A stretch of DNA of 64,000 nt from Dehalococcoidia bacterium (GTDB lineage: Bacteria > Chloroflexota > Dehalococcoidia > Lucifugimonadales > QGNO01), in the NCBI GenBank assembly GCA_965261825.1, contig CBDHED010000002.1:18103-82102 (forward strand), written 5' to 3'. This document shows, piece by piece, positions 1 through 10,136 of this stretch. Both the position numbers and the translations under genes were made by a program. The notes beneath the pieces are model-generated. The model saw nothing but the letters and a program-made list of their open reading frames with translations, was not told the origin of the DNA and searched no databases. Numbering within the stretch: the stretch's first letter is position 1; the number at the start of each line of letters is the position of its first letter.

Positions 1-645
1 GGCGCTGACCTCCAACCCGATCTGCCTCAGGGACGTTGGCGCGGGAGCAATCCGGTCGTTCTTGACTCCGCCGCTATCTGCAACGTTGGAGTTACAAGCT
101 TCTATGAACCCGGATAGACATCGCTGTAGGCGGGCAAGACCGAGCAGCTTCTCTAGGAACACACCGTGCAGCACAGAACCTGGGTCGTACTTGAATACGG
201 TCTCTGCGAGAGCACCGCGATTGAATTCACCGACTTCCTCCTTCTCCTTCCGGCCTGGCACCCCGGCCTCGGCCCGGAGTTTGTCCTTGAAACCTTCATC
301 TCGCATGATGTAGGGCGAGTTGAGCCTGTGAGCCTCCAGAATGGAATTCGTAGTGTCGCCGCTATCCCACAGAGCCACCGTCACGTACGGCATCCCCTCA
401 AGTGCGGAATGCGGCGACCCGCTTGCCTCATCCCAGCATACGGCTTCTAGTCTGTTCGCCATAGACTGTGCTGATTCGACGAGTACAGTCTCGACAGGAT
501 TGCCGTCTTCGCCTGGGGCCCGGTACACGGCTGCTCCCAGATCCGGGAACCCCGTGGGCTGAAACCGTGTCCCCTGAACGGGCTTAAGTTGAGCCTCCAT
601 AAGAAGCCGGGGCTCGTTGTCAAATTGCTGCCAATCAATCGTCAT
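1..645 (-). CDS. csb1: Cas7u / Csb1 (type I-G, formerly I-U), partial; 3' end lies beyond the window edge
   Basis: Absent from the ORF track because no stop falls in the window. ATG at 645 is in frame to position 1. My translation is MTIDWQQFDNEPRLLMEAQLKPVQGTRFQPTGFPDLGAAVYRAPGEDG..., which carries the RFQPTGFPDLG signature I associate with the Csb1/GSU0053 Cas7 family. It starts 27 nt downstream of csx17 on the same strand. Confidence 0.75.
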   Translation of the reverse strand, partial: MTIDWQQFDNEPRLLMEAQLKPVQGTRFQPTGFPDLGAAVYRAPGEDGNPVETVLVESAQSMANRLEAVCWDEASGSPHSALEGMPYVTVALWDSGDTTNSILEAHRLNSPYIMRDEGFKDKLRAEAGVPGRKEKEEVGEFNRGALAETVFKYDPGSVLHGVFLEKLLGLARLQRCLSGFIEACNSNVADSGGVKNDRIAPAPTSLRQIGLEVSA

Positions 646-672
646 GTCGAATCCTTCCTTGATTTGGAATTT

Positions 673-2895
673 CTACTCCGTTGGCTTGATACGGTCCGGC
701 TTGCGCAGCGCACATTCCGCCAGCGCAAAATAGGACCCCTCGTTCAGCGGAAAGAGCAATGCTGCCGCCAGCCGGCTGCCCTGTTCGGACCCGTCGCGTA
801 TGCCAGGGTCGTTGGACAGAGGCCGCAGTCCCGATGCCTTCAGACGCCGGCAGGCTACCTGATAAGCGTCCCTCACCCTCCCTGTCCGCAGCATTGCCAG
901 CATTGACGGCTCCATTGAGATGTCCACGTCCGCGTTATACTCTTGGCATACGAACTTGCTGGGCAACAACATGAGTTTCATCGCCGCATACGCAGCGGGT
1001 AAATCGAGCGGTGCCGGTTGTGGATAGTCGCTCGGCTCAGAATGATGCCGGTAGCGCACGGCCGACAGCGGCAGGACCAGATCGGCAACCCGTCGGTCTT
1101 CGAGTTCACTGTTCAAGAACGACACGATGTCACTCAGTTGGGCTGAGTACGTCGCCTTAAGGGGCGGGTGGTGATTCTCCAAACCTCGCATCCGCCCTTC
1201 GAGGCAGCGGCGCTCTAGGACGGCAAGCATGTTTGAGAGGGGGTCTCCCGCAGTCCAAACAAACGATGTGCTGTCCTTGTCCCACTCTGTCCGCTTATGC
1301 GAGTGTGTCTTAGCAGGCTCCAGATTTTCCCGAATTGGCCCGACCTTGTACTCTCTCTGCCCCGTTTCGGGAAGGATAGACGCCGTAGCGCGAGCCAGCC
1401 TAAACTCGGCGGACTCGTCATCGGCATGGTGTAGCCATTCCCACGAGAGGTTGTTGAGTGGCTGCACACCCCTGCCATTGTCGCCGTCCTTACTGAGACT
1501 AGACCTCGACAGCCACCGCTCAGCGCGCCCTACTGCAATCAGCACGTCCTGAAGGTCGCGTGGGCCCCCACGCTGGCAGAACTCGATAATTGCGCCCTCG
1601 ACTTGCCTCAAGACTGTGCCGATACCGGTCGGCACCCTGCTGCCGGACGCAGTGCGTCGGAGGCTCTGCATCCACGCGTCTAGGTCAAAAAGAACGTTCG
1701 CGCGTTCCGTAGTACCTTGGTCGCTTTGAACGTAAAACCGCCCCAGCGGAGTGGCTAGATCCGATTGCCCGTTCCGTTCTATAAACCCAAACCGCTGGAA
1801 CTGAGATATCCCTCGCTCAATTCCCAACCCGACCACCGCTCTTGCGAAATCTGTACCACTTGTACCTTGCCCACGACCCATCTGGACACGCCCCTCGGAC
1901 ATAAAATGAACTAACTCTGCCAAGTTGATGGGGCTGTCCCAAAGTGGTGCCCAGAACTCAGCTTTGAACTTAGTTCCGTATTCGGAATCCGCAGAGGTCC
2001 CATACCCGGCGGCGGAGCCGTCAACCGTAAATGGAAACACCGCTTTGGACGATGCCTGTGAAGACAATCTCCGTGCAGCTGCGCCAGCGAACAACAAGGC
2101 CCCTTCCATCATCAAGACGAAATCCCAAGGGTTGATTAAAGAGTCTGCTTTAAAGCCTACTGTAGCATTGGCACCGCCTACACCCCCAGGATGGAACTGG
2201 CCAACCGCGCTCCCAGCAAGCGGCGCATCGCCTTGACTGAAAACCGAGATGTTGACCCACCCCTCGCGGCGTTCATCAGGATCAAATCGTCTTGTAGGCT
2301 TCTTCCCAATTTCGACGCCGGTTAGAGCCAGATTCAGGTTCTTCATGAAGTTGACGCTAAACTCCATGTTGCCGTCGTTAGCGCCAGTTCCAAGCAAAGG
2401 CATGAATCTTCGATCTCCGGTTGTCAGCACATACACTGCGTCAAGCCATGCCAGAGACAAGTCAGGCAGAAGATTACGGCACCCCGCCAGAATCGTTAGC
2501 TTCTCGCTTTCAGACGGCTTGTTGACAATGCCCGCGCCGGTGAGTATCCGTTGGCACAATTCTATAGTCTGCCGGTACTCCTTCAGCCGCATGGAACCTT
2601 CGCCCTGGATCGCGTCAACCGCTTCTTTCGCCGCCGTGCTGCCCTTCGCATAGAACCCGCTTCCACCGTTCCACGGCGACACTATGGGCGTTGGCTTGTA
2701 CTCTTCCATGAAGAACTTCACCAGCGCGTCCTGGTCCAACACCGACCACAACATGAACGTATCGTTCTTCCACCAAGCGCGGGCGTCCTTGTCCTTCTGT
2801 TCTGCCACCAGGCGGAAGATGCCCAAGGCCTTCAGGTAGGCCATCAGCGGCTCTGGCGCGCAACCCGGCAGTTCCCGATGGTGGTCCTGGCTCAC
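673..2895 (-). CDS. csx17: Cas8u2 / Csx17 large subunit (type I-G)
   Basis: ORF 673..2985. The N-terminal ELPGCAPEPLMAYLKALGIFRLVAEQKD matches my memory of the Csx17 N-terminus. I prefer GTG at 2895 (GGGAGG about 7 nt upstream, GTGA overlap with the cas3 stop) over the ATG at 2985, which would overlap cas3 by 94 nt. Confidence 0.8.
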   Translation of the reverse strand: MSQDHHRELPGCAPEPLMAYLKALGIFRLVAEQKDKDARAWWKNDTFMLWSVLDQDALVKFFMEEYKPTPIVSPWNGGSGFYAKGSTAAKEAVDAIQGEGSMRLKEYRQTIELCQRILTGAGIVNKPSESEKLTILAGCRNLLPDLSLAWLDAVYVLTTGDRRFMPLLGTGANDGNMEFSVNFMKNLNLALTGVEIGKKPTRRFDPDERREGWVNISVFSQGDAPLAGSAVGQFHPGGVGGANATVGFKADSLINPWDFVLMMEGALLFAGAAARRLSSQASSKAVFPFTVDGSAAGYGTSADSEYGTKFKAEFWAPLWDSPINLAELVHFMSEGRVQMGRGQGTSGTDFARAVVGLGIERGISQFQRFGFIERNGQSDLATPLGRFYVQSDQGTTERANVLFDLDAWMQSLRRTASGSRVPTGIGTVLRQVEGAIIEFCQRGGPRDLQDVLIAVGRAERWLSRSSLSKDGDNGRGVQPLNNLSWEWLHHADDESAEFRLARATASILPETGQREYKVGPIRENLEPAKTHSHKRTEWDKDSTSFVWTAGDPLSNMLAVLERRCLEGRMRGLENHHPPLKATYSAQLSDIVSFLNSELEDRRVADLVLPLSAVRYRHHSEPSDYPQPAPLDLPAAYAAMKLMLLPSKFVCQEYNADVDISMEPSMLAMLRTGRVRDAYQVACRRLKASGLRPLSNDPGIRDGSEQGSRLAAALLFPLNEGSYFALAECALRKPDRIKPTE

Positions 2896-5315
2896 TTTGC
2901 CGCCTCCCGTTCTTTCGCGCTCGCCCGAAAATCCGCGGCCCGCACTATCGCCTCTAAGTACGCCAGCCTGAACGGGCCCAGCCATTCCAACAGCCCCAAG
3001 CTACGCTCAAGCCAGGAGCGTCGCCCGTTCTCACTCATCCCCATCTGAGCGATCGACATATCGAGCGTCGTTTCTGGGACGCGCAACTCCTTGCCCAAGT
3101 CCACCTCAGGCAGCGTCTCGGGCTCCGATATCGGATACCCCAGCAGCTTGGCAGCATCCGGGTTGCTGTCTCTATTGCTACTTCGCGCCCCCGGTAGCGA
3201 CCTTATGCCAAGCCTGACCAGGCCATGATGCGCTGCCGCTAGGTACGCCGTCAGGTCGCGTAACCTACCGTCGGGTACGTTGGCATGTTCGAGTAGCGCC
3301 AGCGCACTCCCGATCTCGTGTCGGAAGTGCCGGCGGTCCCCGCCGAACTTCCCGTAGCCAGGGCTTTTTGCCATCAGGTCATCTTCGCCAGGCGGGGTGG
3401 AGTCCTCCGGCAAGGATTTCCGCAGCATCTCCTGGAACGCAGAGTGGGCTTTGCCCGTATCGTGATAGAGAGCAGCCATCGCCACAGCTTCACGAATGCC
3501 CGGCTCAGTAAGCCATCTCGACAGCGCATCAAGTATCATACGCGCTTCGGCTTCGACATGGCGGGAGTGGTCGCTCAGAGTTACCCACTTCCTCTGGCAG
3601 GTGTTGGTAGTGTCGGATCCCCAGCCGTCCTCGGGCTGCGGGTCTTCGTCCAATAGAACAGGCTCCACCGGCTCTCTGCTGGAAGGTGCCCACCCGGTCT
3701 CCGGCGAGTACCCGCCCTGATTCGCGTCCAGCATCAACGTCATGCCGGGATGAATATCACGGAGTTGAATCCCCTGCCACTGGCTATCCAGGAAGTCCCA
3801 CCTCCACGCCCTGCGCTCGCTAGCCAAGTAGTCCTTAATGCCTTTGGGGCCGCCCTTTGAGCCGCCGATCGGCACATTCACCAACTCGTCATGGCGCGGC
3901 CGCGGCTCGGTTTCATTCGGGCCGCTCTCCGGAACGTCACGCCAGAACACCGAAACGCCCGTCTCCTCGGCCCCCCGGACATACTGTGACACGTCCAAGT
4001 AGCTTCCTGATAGGTCGGGCGTAGTATCGAACAGGCCCACCACGTCGCGCCTGCGGATGACGGCTAGGTGGTCGGCGTCCTTCATCTTATCGCCCAACTC
4101 TTCGAGAGCGGCAGGCCCAACGGACTTGCCTTCCAGGGACTCCATGATTCCGCGGGCGTGGTCAACGTCCTCCGCGTCATACGGGGCGGTATTCTTGCCC
4201 ACGTCGAACCATATGACGTCGCCACGCTCGCACTTGCCGGTGCGGTTGCACCGCCCGAAACGCTGGACCATCGACGCCCATGGCGCAAGCTCTGTTATCA
4301 GCGTCCGTGCCGAGATGTCCACCCCTGCCTCTATCGCCTGCGTCGCCACGACAATCCTGCCTTGACCATCGAGGGGTGCGGAGACGCCTTTCTGCTTGTC
4401 CTTGCGGTCCTTCTCTCGGAAGCGCGAGTGCACCAGCACCTTTTCGGTGTCCAGCGAGACCTTCTTCAAGGCTTCATAAACACCCTGCGCCCGCTCCACG
4501 GTATTCACTATCACCAATGTCAGCGTCCCGTGCTCGTGTTTTTCCGCAACGATACCGGCTATCTCTTTGGGCTTCGTGACGTCCACCGAGGCCTTGGCCG
4601 CGACCTTCTTGGCGTTGTGTCGCTCAGCGAGGCGGGCGTCCGCCAGATCGTCGTCGCCAAGTTTCACGATCTGATTCTCCGAGGGGGCAGGATGGTCGAT
4701 AGTCTCCAGCCAGTTGGGACGGACGGTCGCCGACATCCACATGCTTTGAGCGGGGCCGAAGGTCTCGAACTTGCCTCGCAGCCCGTCCATCTGCGTTGAC
4801 GTGGGCAGGCCGTTCGCCATGAGTTGCACCTCGTCCATCACCCAGAGGCAGTCGTTGTTCAGCAGGCCATACTCGACCGGCCACATGTTGTAGCCCATGC
4901 CGTAGCCGCGGTTCAGGGCGCGGGACAGCAGCATGTCCTGCGTACCGACGATGATGAAGGGCTTTTCAGGGTGTAGATACCACTGAGCGCGAGGCTCCCC
5001 TCCCATGAGTGTGACGAGGCCAACGTCGTCCGCTCTGCCCAGCTTTGTGAGCCAATCTCCAACCCGGGTCACAGTCTGCTCCACCAGCGTCCGCATTGGA
5101 AGGCAGTACGCCAGCCTTCGCGGAGTGGTGTCACGCATGGTAGGTTCCGGATGCTCGAAGCGCCTGTACATCCACCCCAGCACGGCCGCCTCCGTCTTCC
5201 CGGCACCTGTCGGAACCCGCACCAGACTGGGCAACTCCGGTCTCTCAGCAAGCTCAGCCTGGTACGGATATGGAGAAAACCCGGTTGCCTTATTGAAGAA
5301 ATCAGCGTAGGTCAT
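2892..5315 (-). CDS. cas3: Cas3 helicase with C-terminal HD nuclease domain
   Basis: Walker A PTGAGKTE and DEAH-like VMDEVQ are followed by a C-terminal HD signature (LYHDTGK, FRHEIGS, AAHHG). Helicase-then-HD order is typical of subtype I-U/I-G. Confidence 0.9.
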   Translation of the reverse strand: MTYADFFNKATGFSPYPYQAELAERPELPSLVRVPTGAGKTEAAVLGWMYRRFEHPEPTMRDTTPRRLAYCLPMRTLVEQTVTRVGDWLTKLGRADDVGLVTLMGGEPRAQWYLHPEKPFIIVGTQDMLLSRALNRGYGMGYNMWPVEYGLLNNDCLWVMDEVQLMANGLPTSTQMDGLRGKFETFGPAQSMWMSATVRPNWLETIDHPAPSENQIVKLGDDDLADARLAERHNAKKVAAKASVDVTKPKEIAGIVAEKHEHGTLTLVIVNTVERAQGVYEALKKVSLDTEKVLVHSRFREKDRKDKQKGVSAPLDGQGRIVVATQAIEAGVDISARTLITELAPWASMVQRFGRCNRTGKCERGDVIWFDVGKNTAPYDAEDVDHARGIMESLEGKSVGPAALEELGDKMKDADHLAVIRRRDVVGLFDTTPDLSGSYLDVSQYVRGAEETGVSVFWRDVPESGPNETEPRPRHDELVNVPIGGSKGGPKGIKDYLASERRAWRWDFLDSQWQGIQLRDIHPGMTLMLDANQGGYSPETGWAPSSREPVEPVLLDEDPQPEDGWGSDTTNTCQRKWVTLSDHSRHVEAEARMILDALSRWLTEPGIREAVAMAALYHDTGKAHSAFQEMLRKSLPEDSTPPGEDDLMAKSPGYGKFGGDRRHFRHEIGSALALLEHANVPDGRLRDLTAYLAAAHHGLVRLGIRSLPGARSSNRDSNPDAAKLLGYPISEPETLPEVDLGKELRVPETTLDMSIAQMGMSENGRRSWLERSLGLLEWLGPFRLAYLEAIVRAADFRASAKEREAAK

Positions 5316-5486
5316 CTACATCCTTTCATCATCTGCCTGGCTGCCAACCGCTGGGCTAACAGTGCTCACTGGACACGCCCTTGTATACCAGTCGCTTTTG
5401 TATTCGCACGCCAAGTTCAGCGTATCCATAATCTTCTGATCCTGGATGCCGGTTTCTCCCTGTATTATATTTAAGCTATAAGGTTC

Positions 5487-8400
5487 GTTTCAATGGGGCC
5501 ATGACCTTTCGGTCATGGATACACACTGCCATTATAGCACATTCGCTCGTGGTACCTTGCTTCAATGGGGCCATGACCTTTCGGTCATGGATACACTGAA
5601 GGCCGGGGAGCAGCGCATGACGATTACGGTGCTTCAATGGGGCCATGACCTTTCGGTCATGGATACAAGGAGATATGAAAATCACGGTTGTAAACCGTTG
5701 GCGTAGCTTCAACGGCCGTGTTCCTTCTCGGCTTCAACTGGGGCGGCATGTTCCTTCTCGCTTCAATGGGGCCATGACCTTTCGGTCATGGATATGAAAA
5801 TCACGGTTGTAAACAGTTGGCGTAGCTTCAATGGGGCCATGACCTTTCGGTCATGGATACTTCAGGACGCCAAGATGACGTGCTTCAATGGGGCCATGAC
5901 CTTTCGGTCATGGATACGCCCGGGATCTCTGTGGGCTTCAATGGGGCCATGACCTTTCGGTCATGGATACTATGCAGTGCCGAGCCGGGACCCTGGCGCT
6001 TCAATGGGGCCATGACCTTTCGGTCATGGATACATGGCGAGTGTCCGACTCACGACACGGGCCTCGTCCGGCTTCAATGGGGCCATGACCTTTCGGTCAT
6101 GGATACTCGTCTATGCCAGTGCTTCAATGGGGCCATGACCTTTCGGTCATGGATACCCGAACAAAAGCTGCTTCAATGGGGCCATGACCTTTCGGTCATG
6201 GATACCGTGCCCGCTTCAATGGGGCCAGTGTCCGACCGGACGCACACGGTGCGTCGCCCGGCTTCAATGGGGCCATGACCTTTCGGTCATGGATACAAGG
6301 ATTTACTGTCGGCCCGGAAGTCTGCTTCAATGGGGCCATGACCTTTCGGTCATGGATACCTACGAGGCGCGACTCAACACGGGGGGCTCGTCCTGCTTCA
6401 ATGGGGCCATGACCTTTCGGTCATGGATACTGCCCATTCTGCTTCAATGGGGCCATGACCTTTCGGTCATGGATACCATCAGTTAGGACGCCACGCCGCT
6501 TCAATGGGGCCATGACCTTTCGGTCATGGATACTCTGTAACTGAGCCACCCAACACGAAGAGCGTTACGGGCTTCAATGGGGCCATGACCTTTCGGTCAT
6601 CAACGCGGTCAAAGGAGGACGCGGCTGCGAGAACGGCTTCAATGGGGCCATGACCTTTCGGTCATGGATACAGAGGGCTTCTCCGCCCGCCGACCGAGCT
6701 TCAATGGGGCCATGACCTTTCGGTCATGGATACGGCAACTCAGAGCTTGCCCTGCCCCTGCTTCAATGGGGCCATGACCTTTCGGTCATGGATACACCGG
6801 AAGGGCTACGCGTGTTTGCTGGATGGGGCCATGACCCCATGGATACTAGGAAGCGTACGATCCTACCCCGCTTCAATGGGGCCATGACCTTTCGGTCATG
6901 GATACGACGGTCCCAGCAGGTCTCCGCCTCTACTCCGCTTCAATGGGGCCATGACCTTTCGGTCATGGATACTTCACAAGGCGGATCGGAAGCGCAGACG
7001 CCGGCTTCAATGGGGCCATGACCTTTCGGTCATGGATACCGGGGGAGCCCATACGCGCCGGTGGGCAAGGGACTCCCGGCTTCAATGGGGCCATGACCTT
7101 TCGGTCATGGATACGAAGCGTGGGCCAACCCATCATGGGGCCGCTTTCGGTCATGGCCAGAAAGGAGCAGAGCGTATGCTGAACTAGGCTTCAATGGGGC
7201 CATGACCTTTCGGTCATGGATACGCTCGAACGTTCGCGGCGCGTCAAGCTTCAATCCATGACCTTTCGGTCGATACGCCGACCTCCGGGCCGACGCCGCC
7301 AGGGGGATGCTTCAATGGGGCCATGACCTTTCGGTCATGGATACGGCTGGCGTCCACTAGGGCCTTCCGCACAGTTCCGGCTTCAATGGGGCCATGACCT
7401 TTCGGTCATGGATACGGGCAAGATGGCCACACGCGGAAGGGTGACGTGAAGGTGCTTCAATGGGGCCATGACCTTTCGGTCATGGATACCAGTATGGGGT
7501 GGTCGACCATGGCCAGGCGCTCGTGCTTCAATGGGGCCATGACCTTTCGGTCATGGATACCGGAACAGGGTCAAGGCCCTGGCGACGTCGCCGGCGCTTC
7601 AATGGGGCCATGACCTTTCGGTCATGGATACTGGAGGTGCCGCCCGCCGCCTTGCGGGTCGCTTCAATGGGGCCATGACCTTTCGGTCATGGATACGCTG
7701 GGAATGATGAGTCCGGTATGGGCGCGTTTTCCCATGGACGGGAGAATTACATACAATCCGCCGGCTGGCCGCTGCTTCAATGGGGCCATGACCTTTCGGT
7801 CATGGATACCTGGGAGAGCTGCTAGCGGTGCTTCGCCGACAACGGGGACCTAGAGGGACGTGCTTCAATGGGGCCATGACCTTTCGGTCATGGATACCTG
7901 GGGAATACTACGATCTTCAAGGGGTTGGTACGAGCGTGGGTGCTTCAATGGGGCCATGACCTTTCGGTCATGGATACCAGGCTGGGGGCCGACGATCCCT
8001 CCGGCCAGCGATGTGTGCTTCAATGGGGCCATGACCTTTCGGTCATGGATACCGGAACAGGGTCAAGGCCCTGGCGACGGACCTGGCAGCTTCCCACGCT
8101 TCAATGGGGCCATGACCTTTCGGTCATGGATACTGGACAACCCCACCACGCCTTGCAGGGTGCCGAGGACGCCCCAGGGCTTCAATGGGGCCATGACCTT
8201 TCGGTCATGGATACCAGCTGAGCGGTGCGCCGACAACCTCTGCAACAATCACGGGCTTCAATGGGGCCATGACCTTTCGGTCATGGATACTGGGGAGTTA
8301 TCTTGCGGCGCCCAACGACCTTTCGCAAGGGGTTGGTTCCTAGGGGAGCGCTTCAATGGGGCCATGACCTTTCGGTCATGGATACCAGGAACTCGACATG

Positions 8401-9618
8401 CCGACGATCCCTCCGGCATACCGACGATATTGCAAACCATCGTTTGGCGCTTCAATGGGGCCATGACCTTTCGGTCATGGATACAGCGGACCGCCAGGGT
8501 GCCGAGAGCCTGCTTCAATGGGGCCATGACCTTTCGGTCATGGATACAGGGTGGCCGACTACACCTCTGCAACAATGAGACCTGGGCTTCAATGGGGCCA
8601 TGACCTTTCGGTCATGGATACATCCCCAACAATGGTTTGACATGACGAACGAGCCTACCTTTTGGAGCTTCAATGGGGCCATGACCTTTCGGTCATGGAT
8701 ACTCCTACATGGTGGACCACCAAGGCAACTGGTGCGGGCTTCAATGGGGCCATGACCTTTCGGTCATGGATACTTGTCAAAGTTCGGCTCGATCCGGTAA
8801 CGACGCGCCCGCTTCAATGGGGCCATGACCTTTCGGTCATGGATACGGAACAATACTGGCCGGAGATCGGCGGGAGCCCGCGCTTCAATGGGGCCATGAC
8901 CTTTCGGTCATGGATACGATACTCGTTACCATCTAGGGTTCTCGTACGTCCTGAATTTGAGCTTCAATGGGGCCATGACCTTTCGGTCATGGATACAGGA
9001 GTTCCCCTCCCGATGTTGTCCTTGTAACCTTTGCTTCAATGGGGCCATGACCTTTCGGTCATGGATACACCTTTTCTGCAACCCGCTGCTGCTTCAATGG
9101 GGCCATGACCTTTCGGTCATGGATACGCCTTTCCGCCCACTGCCGTGAGCATACAGAACGACATGCCGCTTCAATGGGGCCATGACCTTTCGGTCATGGA
9201 TACTTCGTACTGCGCATCGCCTCCTCGAACTTGGCCCCTGCGCTTCAATGGGGCCATGACCTTTCGGTCATGGATACGCGTTCGGCGTTCCCTTGTTCTC
9301 TGTGCGCTTCAATGGGGCCATGACCTTTCGGTCATGGATACATGCTGTATGACGAGGAACCCTACGCTTCAATGGGGCCATGACCTTTCGGTCATGGATA
9401 CCGCCCACCTAGTAGCGAGAAGGGTGAAGCTTATACCCGCTTCAATGGGGCCATGACCTTTCGGTCATGGATACTAGCCCCCATAATGATTGCTGCCGTC
9501 TGATTCAGTGGCTTCAATGGGGCCATGACCTTTCGGTCATGGATACCACCTACCAATAGGTGTCCGGCGGCTCTACTTCGTAGCTTCAATGGGGCCATGA
9601 CCTTTCGGTCATGGATAC
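5487..9618 (-). CRISPR. CRISPR array, about 62 repeat units (about 55 intact), 36-nt repeat
   Basis: Repeat as written on the + strand: GCTTCAATGGGGCCATGACCTTTCGGTCATGGATAC. Its reverse complement GTATCCATGACCGAAAGGTCATGGCCCCATTGAAGC has an 8-bp stem (CCATGACC/GGTCATGG) with a GAAA loop and ends in ATTGAAGC. Mutated or truncated units cluster at the low-coordinate end (first unit 5487 has C2->T; half repeats at 5706 and 5731). Together these place the array on the - strand with the leader at the high-coordinate end next to cas2. Confidence 0.97.
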
Positions 9619-9842
9619 CGTATCTAGAGAACAGTTTTCGACATAGAGAGCCGCCCATATGATGGAATTGCACGAGTTTTGCCGGATTGCGCCACTTATT
9701 AGTTGGCCGGAACCTCCCATCTCCATGTTTTACGCTCAAATCATGCGAGCGCTCACTAGTACGACGAATACCACCGGAGCGCTCGCAATGGAGAGCCAAG
9801 CGCGTACTCTGCCCTTGCGTACATCATACTAGGCCATGCCCC
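9619..9842 (-). promoter_or_regulatory. Putative CRISPR leader
   Basis: A 224-nt non-coding, comparatively AT-rich segment between the last perfect repeat (ends 9618) and the cas2 stop (9843). It lies on the side opposite the degenerate repeats. Confidence 0.6.
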
Positions 9843-10133
9843 TCAAACCACCAAGACCTCCACAGGGCTCGGCTTGAACTGACGGCCCAAGGTCTTCACT
9901 ACCTCCGCGCCACGGCCATCGGCAGGGCCTATGTCTATGACCAGCACTCTGTCCTCTTTGAGGTTGATGATTTCGGTCAGGGCTTCCTCCATGATGACTC
10001 GTTCTTTCGTTGAGAGGTCACAAACGAAGACCGAGTATTGCAGCGGGTCGCCAAACCCATTCATTTTCTTGAAGGTCCTGCGCAGCCGCTTGGCATCGCT
10101 CACGTCGTAGGCCACAATATATCGGTTGCGCAT
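9843..10133 (-). CDS. cas2: Cas2
   Basis: 96 aa. MRNRYIVAYDVSD...YSVFVCDL is the classic Cas2 N-terminal beta-strand/Asp motif. The gene starts 4 nt after the cas4/cas1 stop. Confidence 0.9.
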   Translation of the reverse strand: MRNRYIVAYDVSDAKRLRRTFKKMNGFGDPLQYSVFVCDLSTKERVIMEEALTEIINLKEDRVLVIDIGPADGRGAEVVKTLGRQFKPSPVEVLVV

Positions 10134-10136
10134 GGC

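Noticed and set aside
447-638. 63-aa - strand ORF at the left edge.
   Set aside because: It is an alternative frame of the csb1/cas7u coding region. The real gene (ATG 645, open to position 1) was missed by the track only because it has no stop in the window.
2896-2985. ATG at 2985 as the csx17 start.
   Set aside because: It would overlap cas3 by 94 nt and add a junk-like Gly/Arg N-terminus. GTG at 2895, with an RBS and a GTGA stop-start overlap, fits better.
5487-9618. Self-targeting spacers against elements in this window (IS21, conjugative module, IS1595).
   Set aside because: I spotted no spacer match by eye, but an exhaustive comparison is not feasible manually. This needs a BLAST of all spacers against the contig or genome.
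5476-9799. Many ORF-track entries inside the CRISPR array, for example 7860..8603 (247 aa), 5853..6278 and 9145..9456. They have recurring peptides LQWGHDLSVMDT / FNGAMTFRSWI / IHDRKVMAPLK.
   Set aside because: The recurring peptides are just the 36-nt repeat translated in different frames. These are array artefacts, not genes.
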